Source: Octopus vulgaris (lineage: Eukaryota). From it: a DNA stretch of 64,000 nucleotides. A model generated the notes under the pieces. That model worked only from the letters and a program-made list of their open reading frames with translations. It made no database searches and had not been told where the DNA came from. Of the stretch, positions 41,752 to 55,280 are shown piece after piece. The position numbers and the translations under genes are program-made. The stretch spans positions 19,468,001 through 19,532,000 of the forward strand of contig OX597814.1 in NCBI GenBank assembly GCA_951406725.2, written 5' to 3'. The number at the start of each line of letters is the position of its first letter. Position 1 is the first letter of the stretch.

Positions 41752-42545
41752 ACGGCGAGCTGGAAGAAACGTTAGCACGCCGGGCTAAATGCTTAGCGGT
41801 ATTTCGTCTGCCGTTACGTTCTGAGTTCAAATTCCGCCGAGGTCGACTTTGCCTTTCATCCTTTCGAGGTCGATAAATTAAGTACCAGTTACGCACTGGG
41901 GTCGATATAATCGACTTAATCCGTTTGTCTGTCATTGTGTGTCCCTTCTGTGTTTAGCCCTTTGTGGGTAGTAAAGAAATAGGTATTTCGTCTGTCTTTA
42001 CGTTCTGAGTTCAAATTCCTCCGAGGTCAACTCTGCTTTTCATCCTTTCGGAATCGATAGATTAATTACTAGTTACGTACTGTGGTCGATGTAATCGACT
42101 GACCTCATCCTAAAAAATTTCGGGCCTTCTGCCTAGAGTAAAGATTATTATTCTATAGGAAGACGTTAGCGCGCCGGGCGAAATGCTTATCGGCATTTTC
42201 GCCTGCCGTTACGTTCTGAGTTCAAATTCCGCCGAGATCGACTTTGCCTTTCATCCTTTCGGGGTCGATTAAATAAGTGCCAGTTACGCACTGGGGTCGA
42301 TATATTCGACTTAATCCGTTTCTCTGTTCTTCTTTGTCCCCTCTGTGTTTAACCACTTGTGAGTAGTAAAGAAATAGGTATTTCGTCTGTCTTTATGTTC
42401 TTAGTTCAAATTCCTGCGAGGTCGACTTTCCCTTTCATCCTTTCGGAGTCGACAAATTAAGTACAGGTCGCGTACTGGAGTCAATGTAATCGACTGGCGC
42501 ACTCCTCAAAAATTTCGGGCCTTGTGCCTAGAGTAGAATAGAATA
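41752..42545 (+). mobile_element. Tandem array of family A SINE units (four cores)
   Basis: Two head-body-body units. Each second body restarts at GGTATTTCGTCTG. Confidence 0.85.
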
Positions 42546-42975
42546 TTTTTCTTCATCTACAAAGAAACACTACTAACTTCTCCAGGATCAACTTTTCAAA
42601 TGACAAAGATTTGATTTGGCTCCTATCCTTTCGCCTGCCTAGTTTGTGGTTGAATATAATAGGAGCTTGTCTCTGTCTAATACAGCCTGATGGGTCAATG
42701 AAATACATAAGATATTCCACTACAGTAGGGTACGAAATTTTGCATTCTAAAACTGTATATACTCAAAAAATTGTACGACTGTCGAAATGGCTAATACTTG
42801 AGAATGCTTCTGTTTCTATGGTAGAGGTACAAGCAATTTTAAGCGCAAGATAAATTCTCAAATTTAATGACGTGTGTGCTTCATTTTATTTAATTTCCCT
42901 TGGTTTCGTTGTCTTTAATTTCCTGCAGAATTTGAAGAACTAAGATAATATTCCTTCATTTTTCTGACTAATATT

Positions 42976-43063
<88 letters not shown>

Positions 43064-43087
43064 ATTTATGTATATATGTATATATAT

Positions 43088-43265
43088 AACGGGAAGCTTT
43101 ATGAAAATAAACAAAAGACGAAGGCAGGTGGAAAACAAACGAACAATTGTATTAGTATGGCGCTCAGGAAATATAAATAAAACAAGTCTTTAACGTTTCG
43201 AGCCTACGCTCTTCAACAGAAAGATACACAGCAGAGAGAAAAACACAGAAAGAAGGAGAGAAAAC
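43088..43265 (-). mobile_element. PLE-like pseudo-LTR with hammerhead-like motif (43187-43224)
   Basis: TCTTT-CTGTTGA-A-GAGC(GTAG)GCTC-GAAA-CG-TT-AAAGA, in (TA)n. Second copy at 63135-63292, related tail at 58088-58160. Confidence 0.65.
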
Positions 43266-43313
43266 ATATATATATATATATACATATGCATATATATATA
43301 TACACATATATAC

Positions 43314-43407
<94 letters not shown>

Positions 43408-43433
43408 ATATAAATATACATATATACATATAC

Positions 43434-43489
<56 letters not shown>

Positions 43490-43494
43490 ATATA

Positions 43495-43797
43495 GGAATG
43501 GCATCATTAAAATACCATCACAAGTGGTAAGCGAATTATTAGCTGTACAGGCAAATTAATAAAATATATACATACAATATTAGATATGTACATATATACA
43601 AAAGGAACTTACATGAATACCTATATCGCTAATTATGGAAGTCAAAAAAATACTTCTGTACCACCGAAAAGTCACAAATCTATTGCAGACAAGATAGGAA
43701 AAAATATCAGTGAACAATAATAATGTCTTACCTCAAATGGGTCAACTCGGTACCGGTTTCGAAAATTAGCGCCACCTAGACGCGTGATTTCTCATCA

Positions 43798-43800
<3 letters not shown>
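43495..43800 (-). mobile_element. PLE-like pseudo-LTR beginning at a canonical hammerhead core (43749-43800)
   Basis: GG-CTGATGA-GAAA...TTTC-GAAA-CCGG-TA-CC, flanked by (TA)n. Confidence 0.7.
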
Positions 43801-43894
<94 letters not shown>

Positions 43895-44507
43895 ATGTAT
43901 ACATACTCATGTAAGTGTGTATTCTTATATATGTCTGTATGCATATACATGTACGGCGGCGGAGTCGCAGGCGGAGGCACCGAAGGCCGTGGAGGCAGTG
44001 GGGCTGGCGGAGGCGGTAGTGGCTGTAGTTGTGGTGGTGGTGTTGGTGGTGGTGGTGATGGTGGGGTTCTCCGTACACTAACAGTAAAGCAAATGATAAT
44101 ACGAAAATTAATTTGGAAGAGATCGGGTAAATATGGTTTTTGTATGTTGTGAAATGTAGAAAAACAGAGAAAAAACCAGAGAAATAGGGAAGGAGAAAGT
44201 AAGATGGAAGAACGAACAAGAAAAGAAGCATTGCAAAGAGAAACACAAGTGTGTTTGTGTGGTGTGTATGTGCGTGTGTTGTAGGTGTGAGGTGGAAGAA
44301 ACAAAATGAGATGCGGGTGGTCCATTGGAAGGTATATATAGTCATAAGAAAATGTTCAATCTCTTATTAATACCTGACGCTTAATTAGAAGTTTTCTTTG
44401 GATTTCAACAACAAAATTTGCTGTGGTGTTATTTGTGTTAATAGTGCTGGTGGCGGTCATAGTTTTGTGGGTACTGCTAGTGGTAGTGTTGGCGGAACTG
44501 ATAATGA

Positions 44508-44539
<32 letters not shown>

Positions 44540-44649
44540 AATTAAGAGAAAAATTGATGTTTTTCTCTTATGAGTTTTTTCACGCTAACTGCTTGATTAA
44601 TTCGTATAAAGATTTTATCCTATTTTTAAATTGCATACATAGATAGATG

Positions 44650-44726
<77 letters not shown>

Positions 44727-44739
44727 TTAGATAGATAGT

Positions 44740-44824
<85 letters not shown>

Positions 44825-44854
44825 TGATTGATATACATATACATATATGCATAT

Positions 44855-45480
44855 ATGGGTACAGGACGTCACCAACTGTGCAAACAACATGAAATATGTA
44901 AACAACAAGAGAAAGTAATGGAAAACAAGACATGTAAACAAAGAGAAAGGACCCTTCAGCGGCTGTCGGCTAACTATCTACTCCTCATTTCGAGGTTTCA
45001 ACAGCAAAATTAGTTTTCAAAGACAGTTGCTACCACAAATTCCAAAATAAAATTTTAGTATTTATGGAAAGGTCAATGTTGGGAACAAAAATAGGACAGT
45101 GGAGACATACCAGGAAATCGAACGAAGAGAAACATGGAGGTTCGTTAAACCGGAACGAGACGAAAATAGTGAAAGATGGGGGAAATATTTTGTTTGAAAG
45201 AAGAAAAGATAGAAGAGAGAAAAAAACGTCCAGTCTTTTGAACGTCCGTGCAGGAAAAGAAAGATGGTCACGTGAGAAAAAGAAAAATGGACGGTGGTCA
45301 CGTGTGAGCAACGAGAGAGAAAAAAGAGAAAGAAGAAAGACAGATAGAAAATGGTGAAAGAGGGAGAGGTAGTAAAAGGGAATTAGAGAAGGATGGAGGA
45401 AGCAAACAGTATAGAGTCGTAGCAAAAAGGTGAAAATAAATTTACTTGAAAATTGATGCGTCGCGTTCAATTAAATAATG
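44855..45480 (-). mobile_element. Unclassified microsatellite-embedded repeat (PLE-like?)
   Basis: Pyrimidine-rich on the minus strand. The terminus ATGGGTACAG is shared with the element starting about 45532. No clear ribozyme or ORF. Confidence 0.35.
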
Positions 45481-45527
<47 letters not shown>

Positions 45528-45698
45528 GAATATGGGTACAGCGAGTAGCCACATCAAATTGACAGATTGAATGCTACTATTAGTTTAACCCCAGGCGGAT
45601 TCTCTGCCAGCTGGTTTTCGGTGCAAGCTCTGCACCGTTTATATGCATTGCATTGCTAGCAAGGAGAGCGAACCCCTACTACCCTCCAACAGCTGACA

Positions 45699-45753
45699 GG
45701 ATCGTGGACCGGTCGGTTTCGAGTTATTTGGCTCGCGTCAGCCTCGCGCATCC
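45699..45753 (-). ncRNA. Type I hammerhead-like motif with extended bulged stem I
   Basis: GGAT-GCG-CGAGG-CTGACGC-GAG(CCAAATAA)CTC-GAAA-CCG(AC)CGG-TC-CACG-ATCC. Confidence 0.6.
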
Positions 45754-46975
45754 GTGCAGTGGAGTGTAGCCAAGATCCGCTTCTGCCAGCGATATATTGT
45801 TAAAAAATTGACCATCGGTCACTGATTTGCAAAGAGCAAAATAACTAGTAATACAATTTCAAGAGGAGATGGAGTAGTAACGTATATTAAACTAGTAATG
45901 TATACTAAACTACTCTATCTTTTCTTGCGATTTTATATTTCTAATTTGTATTAGTTTATTTTTCTTTTTATATCACATTGTTCTTTGTGGGAGAAGTTTC
46001 TTCGTTTTAGAGATATTGTTTTCTTTTAAATTTCATTTTGCGCTATAAGTTAATGCTATTTTATATTCGATGTTTCTGTTTTAATAATAAACAAGTATTA
46101 GTGCCACGAGCACATTATGCTAATATTTTGGTCCTGCTGCCACTCAATAGTTTTCCAGACAGCCTTTGTGTTTTTAAAGCTATTGACACTGCTGGATTGA
46201 ATGGTCCTGCCCGGGTGTCGAAACCATAGTTTTATGCGTCGTGCAGCTGAAGATGGGAATCGATGTTTGATATGCTTGTTTGTGAATCTTTTATACCTTG
46301 GGGTCTCGATATTCTGAATTAACCTCAATTCTGGTAAGGTTGAACATGCTTTTGAGTACAAGATTTATCCTGATTACATATATAAATATTGCTTCATTGA
46401 CTTCGTAGATAATCTTAATTGATGGTTTCTAGCTTTTGGAGGTTTTGTAGCATATAAATATACATACATATATTCATAAATACATACATACATTTATGTA
46501 TGTATATATGTATGTATGTGTGTATGTATGAGTGAATGTATGTATGTGTGTGTATGTACATATATATATATGTATAGACGGATGTACGAACGTATGTACA
46601 TTTGTAAGTATGTATGAGGGGTATACAAACAGCAATATATGAAGGAAAAACCGATGACATGAACTTTGACGGGGTACGAACACCGAACATGTTGCATTCT
46701 GAGGGACTGTGTTATATATTACATCAGACAGATCTTGTCTGAAAGATTTATATTTTAACGTTGCCAACTTCGCTGTAACCGCACCTAGCGTAAGTAAAAA
46801 AAATACATATATTTTATGACATGAAAGAAAATATTACCAACTTACCATATTTTGCCATCTACGCACCTATACAAAACAAAACATTTTGTCCTATTCTGAG
46901 AACATATTAAATCGCAATTCAGAACCCATAATTTTCGAGAGTATTATGACTTAATTATTATACAAAATGTGTATA

Positions 46976-47544
46976 TTGGGTTGTCCGGAAAGTTCGTGCC
47001 GATTTTTAAAGGAACGAAAAGGGTCAATAAATACTTGCCATTACATTTTAATCAACCAAATATCAACCATTTTTTTTTGCACAATGCGTCTTCATCTTTC
47101 CTTTAACTTGAAAATACCCTCTTCCCAGAATTGAGGTGGGTACATGTCAAAGAATTCATCAAGGTATCTTTTTACGTCATCCAAGGAAGTAAATCTTTTT
47201 TACCATTAAGACTATTCTGCAGAGACCTGAATAAGCGGAAATCTGAAGGAGCAATATCTGGTGAATATGGAGGGTGGGGTAACACATTATAATCGAGCTG
47301 AGGCAATTTTTGTCTGGTTCCCAAAGCATCAAGTGCTGAAAATGAACTTTCTTCTCTTCCATTTTAAAGGGTTACAGAATTAACACAGGTTATAGGAATA
47401 TAAACCTTCTTCCCCCAAAAGATAGCTTAAACTATGCTCTAAACAGAGGTGTAGTCAAATCGTATTTTATGAACTCAACACGTTCTAATATAAGTCGAAA
47501 AGGAAAGCTTCTGTAAATCGGCACGAACTTTCCGGACAACCCAA
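46976..47544 (-). mobile_element. Internally deleted mariner (non-autonomous, 569 bp)
   Basis: TIR TTGGGTTGTCCGGAAAGTTCGTGCCGATTT at both ends with TA TSD. MEEKKVHFQHLMLW is fused to ...LPHPPYSPDIAPSDF. Confidence 0.93.
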
Positions 47545-48039
47545 TACATACACTCTGTCTATTACTCCTTATGAATATCATTGAAGAAAATTAACCCTGG
47601 ATGTAATATTCATTGATCCATAGGCCGTAAGCCCTAATATCGCATACATTCAATCCTAATATGCAATACTAATATCGCATTTATATTGTTCAAACACACC
47701 ATTTTCAGTACATCACAACGCTGCATCAAACCCTTCTTTCTCTTCCATTCACACAAAATAAAACACTAACCTAAACACACCAAGTAGCACACGACATTTC
47801 ATATTTTGCTGTCCTTTCTGAATGAGTCTATTTGTGACCAATCCATTATACATTTTTTTATAAACTATTTCTGTGAATATAAGTTCTATGAATATACACT
47901 ATAGGCATAAGACGGACATCTGAGTCGCCCAAGCGATTGTTCAGCTTCAATTAAACGATATGTATATATACAGAGAGAGAGAGAGAGAGAGGGGGAAGTG
48001 AGAGAGACGTATATACATACATGCATACACACGCACATA

Positions 48040-48450
48040 TACTCTTTTACCCTTTTACTCTTTTTCTTGTTTCAGTCATTTGACTGCGGCCATGCTGGAG
48101 CACCGCCTTTAATCGAGCAACTCGACCCCGGGACTTATTCTTTTGTAAGCCCAGTACTTATTCTATCGGTCTGTTTTGCCGAAACGCTAAGTAACGGGGA
48201 CATAAACACACCAGCATTGGTTGTCAAGCAATGCTAGGGGGACAAACACAGACACACATACATACACGCACACATATACATATATATACATATATACGAC
48301 GGGATTCTTTTCAGTTTCCGTCTACCAAATCCACTCACAAGGCTTTGGTTGGCTCGAGGCTATAGTAGAAGACACTTGCCCAAGGTGCCACGCAGTGGGA
48401 CTGAACCCGGAACCATGTGGTTGGTAAACAAGCTACTTACCACACAGCCA
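48040..48450 (-). mobile_element. SINE family B
   Basis: Reverse-complement full match. Confidence 0.85.
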
Positions 48451-48540
48451 ATGTATAATGTTCATGTGTGTGTCTGTGTACATACATACATATATATGCG
48501 TGTGCGTGCATATATATATATATGTATACGTGTGTCTATG

Positions 48541-48581
<41 letters not shown>

Positions 48582-49576
48582 GCATATACGTACCCCCTAC
48601 ATACACACACATATCGGTGTCGCTTTCTCCCTTTAGTTTTCTTTTTCTTTCTGTCTTTCTACCCCATCTTCGTTATTTTCCTACTTTATCCTTTCCTTGT
48701 TTTCTCTCTCTTTTCCTGTACCTCTACGCCGTTCTCTATTGCCGTCTTTACGCATATATTCATGTATAGTTCTCTCTTTTTGCATTCATTTTCATCTATT
48801 CTTCCTCCTATCAACATCTTCTTGTACACTATGTTTTCTATTAGCCGTATACCCCTTATTCTTTTCATTTTCTCTTCTCTTTATATTCTTTTGCTCTCTC
48901 TCTCTTTCTCTCTCATTTTGTCACTCTTTCCCTCTTTCCTATATTCACACATAAACACAAAATATGTAGGAAAATTTCTAAATAAATACATGCATACATA
49001 AATATATACATACATATGTGCATACATGTATAAATAAGCCCAGAGTATACTTTATAATGATGCTTTTATTATAACGATTTTCTCACAGCGTGGCGCTTGA
49101 TCTCGAGGCGAAAGTCTCATATTGATAGCTTTAAATATACAAAGATCATGCCCTCCCTCACACACACACATACATGCATATACGTACATATATATATACC
49201 TGTGATGTAACGATCACGTGATACTTGATTTATGTAAACAACTTCCTGCGATTCTCTCGGACTAGTGTGTGCTTGTGTGTTTATGTGAGGGAATGCGTAT
49301 GAGAGACTGAATGGTAGAGAGAAGGAAAAAAGTAGGAGAGAGGAAGAGAGGGAGAGGGAGAAGGAGAGAGAGAGAGAAAGAGGGGTAGAAAGAGAGAGAG
49401 AGAGAGAGAGAGAATCAAAATAGTTTAGAAACGCTACACACGTATCCCGTATTCACAAGTTTGCATTCAGTATTCAATATGAAAAGAAAGGAAGAACGTG
49501 AAGGCTAAAGAGAAAACAAAAGCAAATACAGTCGTATGTGTGAGTATGTGATGTGGGTGTGTATTTATGTACATGC

Positions 49577-49626
<50 letters not shown>

Positions 49627-49642
49627 AATATGATATATAAAC

Positions 49643-49709
<67 letters not shown>

Positions 49710-49863
49710 TATACATGTTTATATATCATATTAGATATATTATATATCTATATTTATATTGCATATATATTACATGTATGTATATGTGTAAGTATATGTG
49801 TGTGTATATGTATTTATACATACACTTATATATATTTATATATACACACACACATTCACACAC

Positions 49864-49925
<62 letters not shown>

Positions 49926-50635
49926 GGTAGAATGACGGAAAATATGATATAGTGAGATGGAGGGGGGATTGCATAGAAATAGATAAAAATGGAGTGACAG
50001 ACAAGCAGGAATCTTTGAAAAAACAAACAAAAAGGAAAGCTAAAGGAATAAAAATTGAGAGGTGGTTAGAGAAAGTTAGAAAACAAGATAGATCTTGTTG
50101 TCAATACATATGCCCAGGGGCAAAGCGATTATGTCAAATAGAGCATAAATGAAAATTACTGACACCTCGACTCGTGTATTTATTTTTTACATTTATGTAT
50201 TTCTTATATATGTATTTTTATAGATGTTTTACGTTTATGTACTTATTTATTTATATTTATCTTATATTTATTTCTATTATTTCTTATGTATGTGTTCAGC
50301 TTTGTCAGCCAAAGATAAAAAGAAAAACAGAAAGAAAGACAGAGAGAGAAATGCGTGCATTTGTTTAGTTCTGTGTGTCCACACGTGCAGTTTCTTCTCC
50401 GTATTTGTGTTTTACCCTCTGCAACGTTTTATGCTTCTTTAAATTAGTAATCTGCGTACTGACTTCACCCAAACCCACCCGGTACGCCATCCGCTTCTAC
50501 TCATCTCGTCTCACTGGCATATATAATCACTGGCATATATATATATATATAAATATATAAAGTAACATGTATATCTAAAGATATGCATGCATAATGCAAT
50601 GCATATAAAATGATATATATATATATCTGTGTATA

Positions 50636-50672
<37 letters not shown>

Positions 50673-50676
<4 letters not shown>

Positions 50677-50925
50677 AGGCGTGTGGCTTAGTGGTTAGGG
50701 TGTCAGCATCATGATCGTAAGATTGTGGTTTCGATTCCTGAACCAGGCGACGCATTGCGTTCTTGAGCAAAACACTTCATTTCACGTTGCTCCAGTCCAC
50801 TCAGCTGGCAAAAATGAGTAACACGCTGCGATGGACTGGCTTTTCGTCCAGCTGGGGAACACATACGTCATAGAAACCGGGAAACCGGGTCCATGAGCCT
50901 GGCTAGGCTTTGAAAGGGCGCATTT
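50673..50925 (+). mobile_element. Family C-related SINE (different head, tail type 1)
   Basis: GTGGAGGCGTGTGGCTTAGTGGTTAGG head and CTGCGATGGACTGGC...GAAACCGGGAAACCGGG tail. Confidence 0.8.
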
Positions 50926-50938
50926 ATTATTTACTATA

Positions 50939-50971
<33 letters not shown>

Positions 50972-51348
50972 AGTGTGTGTGTATGCATGTATTTATGTAT
51001 GTATGTGTGTATGTGTGTGTATATGTGTGTGTGCGTGTGTGTGTGTGTGTATAAAGGTGGCGAGCTAGCAGAATCTTTAACATGTAGAGTAAAATGCTTA
51101 GCGGACTTTGTCCACCTTTATGCTCTGAGTTCAAATTCTGCAGAGATCAGCTTTACCATTCATACTTTCGAGGTCGAAAAAATAAGTACCAGTTGAACAC
51201 TGGGGTCGATGTAATCGAATTACCACTGCCCTCGAAATTTCTGTCCTAGTGCCAAAAAGTGAAAGTAATACATATATGTACATAATATTGCATATTTACT
51301 TTATATATAATATTTAAATTTAATGATATGAAAATGAACAGTATATGT

Positions 51349-52160
51349 ATAACGAAGCGTCTAGGCACAGATTGACATTGAACCCTGCTGTGCATGCGCA
51401 CTAAGTTTTAACGTTTTAGCTCACTTCCGCTGTTTACAGCAGTGCTTGGAAGGAAGATGTGTAGCATGTGATCGTCGCATTGACCATGATAAAGGAAGTT
51501 GTCATGGTGATAACTGCTCAGAGGCTTACGCAAAGTTTCAGAAAGTGCATGGAGAGGTATATGTGAGTAGCACACAAGTGTACGAGTGGTTCAGACGAAA
51601 CACTGTCGATAGTGACGAAAGTTCTGGAAGCCCCACAACCAACAGAACTGAGAAAAACATCGCAGATGTCTGTGTGCAGCTGTGAGGGGAAATCGTAAAA
51701 TCACCATCCGTGAATTATCAGAGGATGCACGGAGTAGTTACGGTTCAGTTCAGTCTGTTATCACTGAAAATATGGGTGGGAGATGCGTGTCTGCCAAGTT
51801 TGAGTCAAAACTGCTTTCAGATGACCAAAAAGACACTCGAGTTTCTGTAGCACAAGATCTCCTTGATAGTGTCAAGAACGATGAAAACTTTTTGAAAACT
51901 TTGAGTAGTCCTGTGGGCAGGTATCGCCAAGCTTTTGGCAAAATTTGATGCAGATTCTCTGCACAGCTTTCTCTGTCATGTGACGAACACATTTTCTTTC
52001 CAAGCACTGCTGTAAACAGCGGAAGTGAGCCAGAACGTTAAAACTTAGTGCGCATGCACAGCAGAGTTCAAGGTCAATCTGTGCCAACCGGGTCTACTCT
52101 CTGTACTGTAGCTTCGTTACTATAGCAACAGTCGTCCGGATACTTATAGATCAGACCACG
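51349..52160. mobile_element. Mariner derivative made of two inverted 5' ends
   Basis: 51364-51470 is inverted at about 51990-52085. Plus strand: VSSTQVYEWF...NRKITIRELSED...LLSDDQKDTRV. Minus strand: MTEKAVQRICIKFCQKLGDTC. Right TIR GTCCGGATACTTATAGATCAGACCACG-TA. Confidence 0.85.
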
Positions 52161-52184
52161 TATGTGTATGTGTGTGTGTTTGTT

Positions 52185-52224
<40 letters not shown>

Positions 52225-52262
52225 TCAAACATACAGTAGTTTGCAAAATAGAAAACTATAAC

Positions 52263-52490
52263 TGTCACTAAATGCGACTAGGATGTAAGAACCACCTACA
52301 TTGCTAGAAATAAGAGTTAAAATGCTCTAATGTTCTAGTCAATGCACATAATTGTGTACAGGTGTACATATATATTTCCTGTCTGCATATATGTACACAA
52401 TTATGTGCGTTCACTACAGCATTGGAGCGTTTTAACTCTTATTTCTAGCAATTTAGATGTTTCTAACACCCTTGTCGTATTTAGTGACAA
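52263..52490. repeat. Fold-back element, about 100-bp arms with 30-bp loop
   Basis: TGTCACTAAATGCGAC...CATAATTGTGTACA pairs with TGTACACAATTATG...GTCGTATTTAGTGACA. Confidence 0.8.
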
Positions 52491-52747
52491 TAATATATAT
52501 AAAGGATAAAGCCCCTATCCCGAGGCATATAGTCTCATACAGCCAGTTTCTCGGCTTCTGTGGAGTAGATATTATCTCCTGGACAGGACCCAAGAATGCT
52601 CATTTTGCTAGGAGAGTGGACTGGAGGGATGTGAAATGAAGTGTTTTGTTCAAAAAACGCAACGCATCACCCGGTCCAAGAATCGAAACAACAACCTAAA
52701 GACCATGAATCCAACATACTAACCCCTCGACCACGCGCATTCATATG

Positions 52748-52980
52748 CAGGATGCGACAGAAAAGTTGCCCCGGTTTCAAAGGTTAATAAAAAAAAGAAA
52801 GGCGTGAAGATGCATGAAAAAAACTTTGCATTTCTATAAAGTTCATTAAATGCCATTTTCTTGTTTCGGGTAGTACGCACCATGGCCTTGAATGTAGAGC
52901 ACCGTTTTTTTTTTGTATCTTCATGTGCTTGTTTTTTTTACTAACCTTTATAATCGGGGCAACCTTTCTATTGCACCTTG
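52748..52980. mobile_element. Tc1/mariner MITE with about 80-bp TIRs
   Basis: CAGGATGCGACAGAAAAGTTGCCCCG and CGGGGCAACCTTTCTATTGCACCTTG-TA. Confidence 0.75.
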
Positions 52981-53256
52981 TATGTGTGTGCGTGTCTGTG
53001 TATGCGTGCGTGCGTGTGTGCGTATGCGTGCGTGTGTGTGTGTGTGTGTTTGTGTGTCTGTGTTTCTCACCCCACCATCGCTTGACAACCAATGTAACTT
53101 AGCGGTTCGGCAAAATAGACCGATAGAATAGGTACTAGGCTTACAAAGAATAAGTCCTGGGGTCGATTTGTTCGACTTAAGGCCGGTGCTACAGCATGGC
53201 CGCAGTCAAATGACTGAAACAAATAAAAGAATAAAAGAATATACACATATATAATT

Positions 53257-53340
<84 letters not shown>

Positions 53341-53344
<4 letters not shown>

Positions 53345-53825
53345 CAGTGTACATGTAAATACATTAAGAGGTTTCCATCATAGGACTCCCTTATGCTAAA
53401 AGGAACAGCTAAAGTCCAAACCACTAATTAGGGATAAATTCTCGAAGGGAATCAAAAATAAAAACGTTTACCATCTATTTCCTGGACCGTGGTTTCTGAT
53501 TTAATTTAGGAAATAAAATAATTTGCCAGGCGAAGTCTTCGTCAACAGGTACGCCAAGATTAAACGTATAAACACGAGGCCAATCCAGCATTTGCCTCTT
53601 GCTTATACATTTTAAGTTTTTCAAATCCACCGCGCAAGCGCAGTTTCTTCGAAGGAATCTTCCAGAATTCATTATACATAATTAATAATGACTATATATT
53701 ATTCATATAAAATACATAATTAATAATGTATTTCATATGAATAATATATAGTCTATTGACTAATTTTTCTACACGCTAGGCCACTGGTAGTAAAAATTTC
53801 TAAAATCTTTATTACCCTGATATTA

Positions 53826-53830
<5 letters not shown>
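53341..53830 (-). mobile_element. PLE-like remnant with hammerhead motif (53481-53549) and inversion junction
   Basis: CCTG-TTGACGA-A-GACTT...AAATC-A-GAAA-CC(AC)GG-TC-CAGG. A 28-bp inverted repeat lies at about 53690-53755, and (TA)n on both sides. Confidence 0.65.
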
Positions 53831-53913
<83 letters not shown>

Positions 53914-53916
53914 TAC

Positions 53917-54026
<110 letters not shown>

Positions 54027-54479
54027 GTATATGTATATATGTATGCATATGTATATATTCACAGAGAGACACATAGTTTATGTCCGCAAAACATCTGTAG
54101 CGCTTACTAGAGAATATAGCAGGTGTTCTATAGTGTAATAATTGCACTATAAAACACCTGTTATATCGATAACGCAGTCGACCGGTATGCCATAATTTGC
54201 GTTGGTACATGTTTTGGTGTCTTTGCCACAGGGCTTGTTAGAAATTTCCTCTCTCAAATTAGTACTTAGAATGAGAAAACTGAAAGAGGGGGTGGGAGAG
54301 AGGGGAAGGCAGAGAGAGAAAAAAAGAAAGAAAGAATGTAAAAGAAGAGGTATAGGAATGTGAAAGGAGAAAGGTATAAATAAGAAATAAATTGAATGAT
54401 TAAAAGAGAAGATGATGGTGGGGGGGAGAATTAAAAAAGAAATATGATGCTAAGCATAAGGAAAGAAAATTTGATTTTC

Positions 54480-55280
54480 AAAGTTTGGAACAGCACCAGC
54501 AATTTCGAGGGAGTGTGTACTTATTTTATCGACCCGAAAGGTTAAAGGTAAAGTTTGGCTCCGGTGGAATTTGAACACAGAACGTAAACATGGATGAAAT
54601 GCCGATAACCGTTTTCCCAGCGTGCCAACGTTTTTGCAAGCTCGCCCCCTTAAACAAATGAATTACTGATTTCAAAAAAAAAAATTATAGCACCAAGGAA
54701 ACAAGCTTAGGGGAAGATTAAGTCGATTACATCGAGCCCAGTGGTCAACTGGTATTCTTTTTTATCTACCCCGAAAGCTAAAGTCGACCTCGGTGGAATT
54801 TGAACCAGGAAAGTAATGACGGACGAGATGCTGCTGAACCTTTTGCCCAGCGTGCTAATGATTCTGCCAGCGCACCGCCTTAATGAAATAAAGTATTAAA
54901 ATCACTTTACTGCCTTAATAATAGTTTCAAATTTTTTCCACAACGGCAGCCATTTTGGGGGAGGAGATAAACTAATTTATCGAACCTGAGAGGATGAAAG
55001 GTAAAGTCAACCTTGGCGGAATTTGAACTCTGAGCGTAGCGACGGGGGAAATACCGTATTTATAATAATATGGAAGAATAATTCAAATTCGTTACATGGT
55101 AAAAAACCAGAAACACCTCCGAGAAAATGATCAAGTAATGTGAACCCTGGTAACTTACTGGTACTTATTTTATTCATATGAGAAAGAGGAACGACAAGAT
55201 CAACTTCTGAACGTAAAAGAATGAGATGAAATACTGTAAAACAAATTTTCAACGCTCAACCGATTCAGTCATTTCACCGC
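54480..55280 (-). mobile_element. Cluster of old family A-like SINE fragments
   Basis: Repeated TTATTTTATCGACCC..GAAAGG..AAAGTCGACCTCGG..GAATTTGAAC. Similar clusters at 15670-16200 and 60258-60580. Confidence 0.7.

Noticed and set aside
42780-42880. Minus-strand FENL/LALKIACT...EAFS resembling a hAT dimerisation domain
   Set aside because: Needs a frameshift and the similarity is too short to support.
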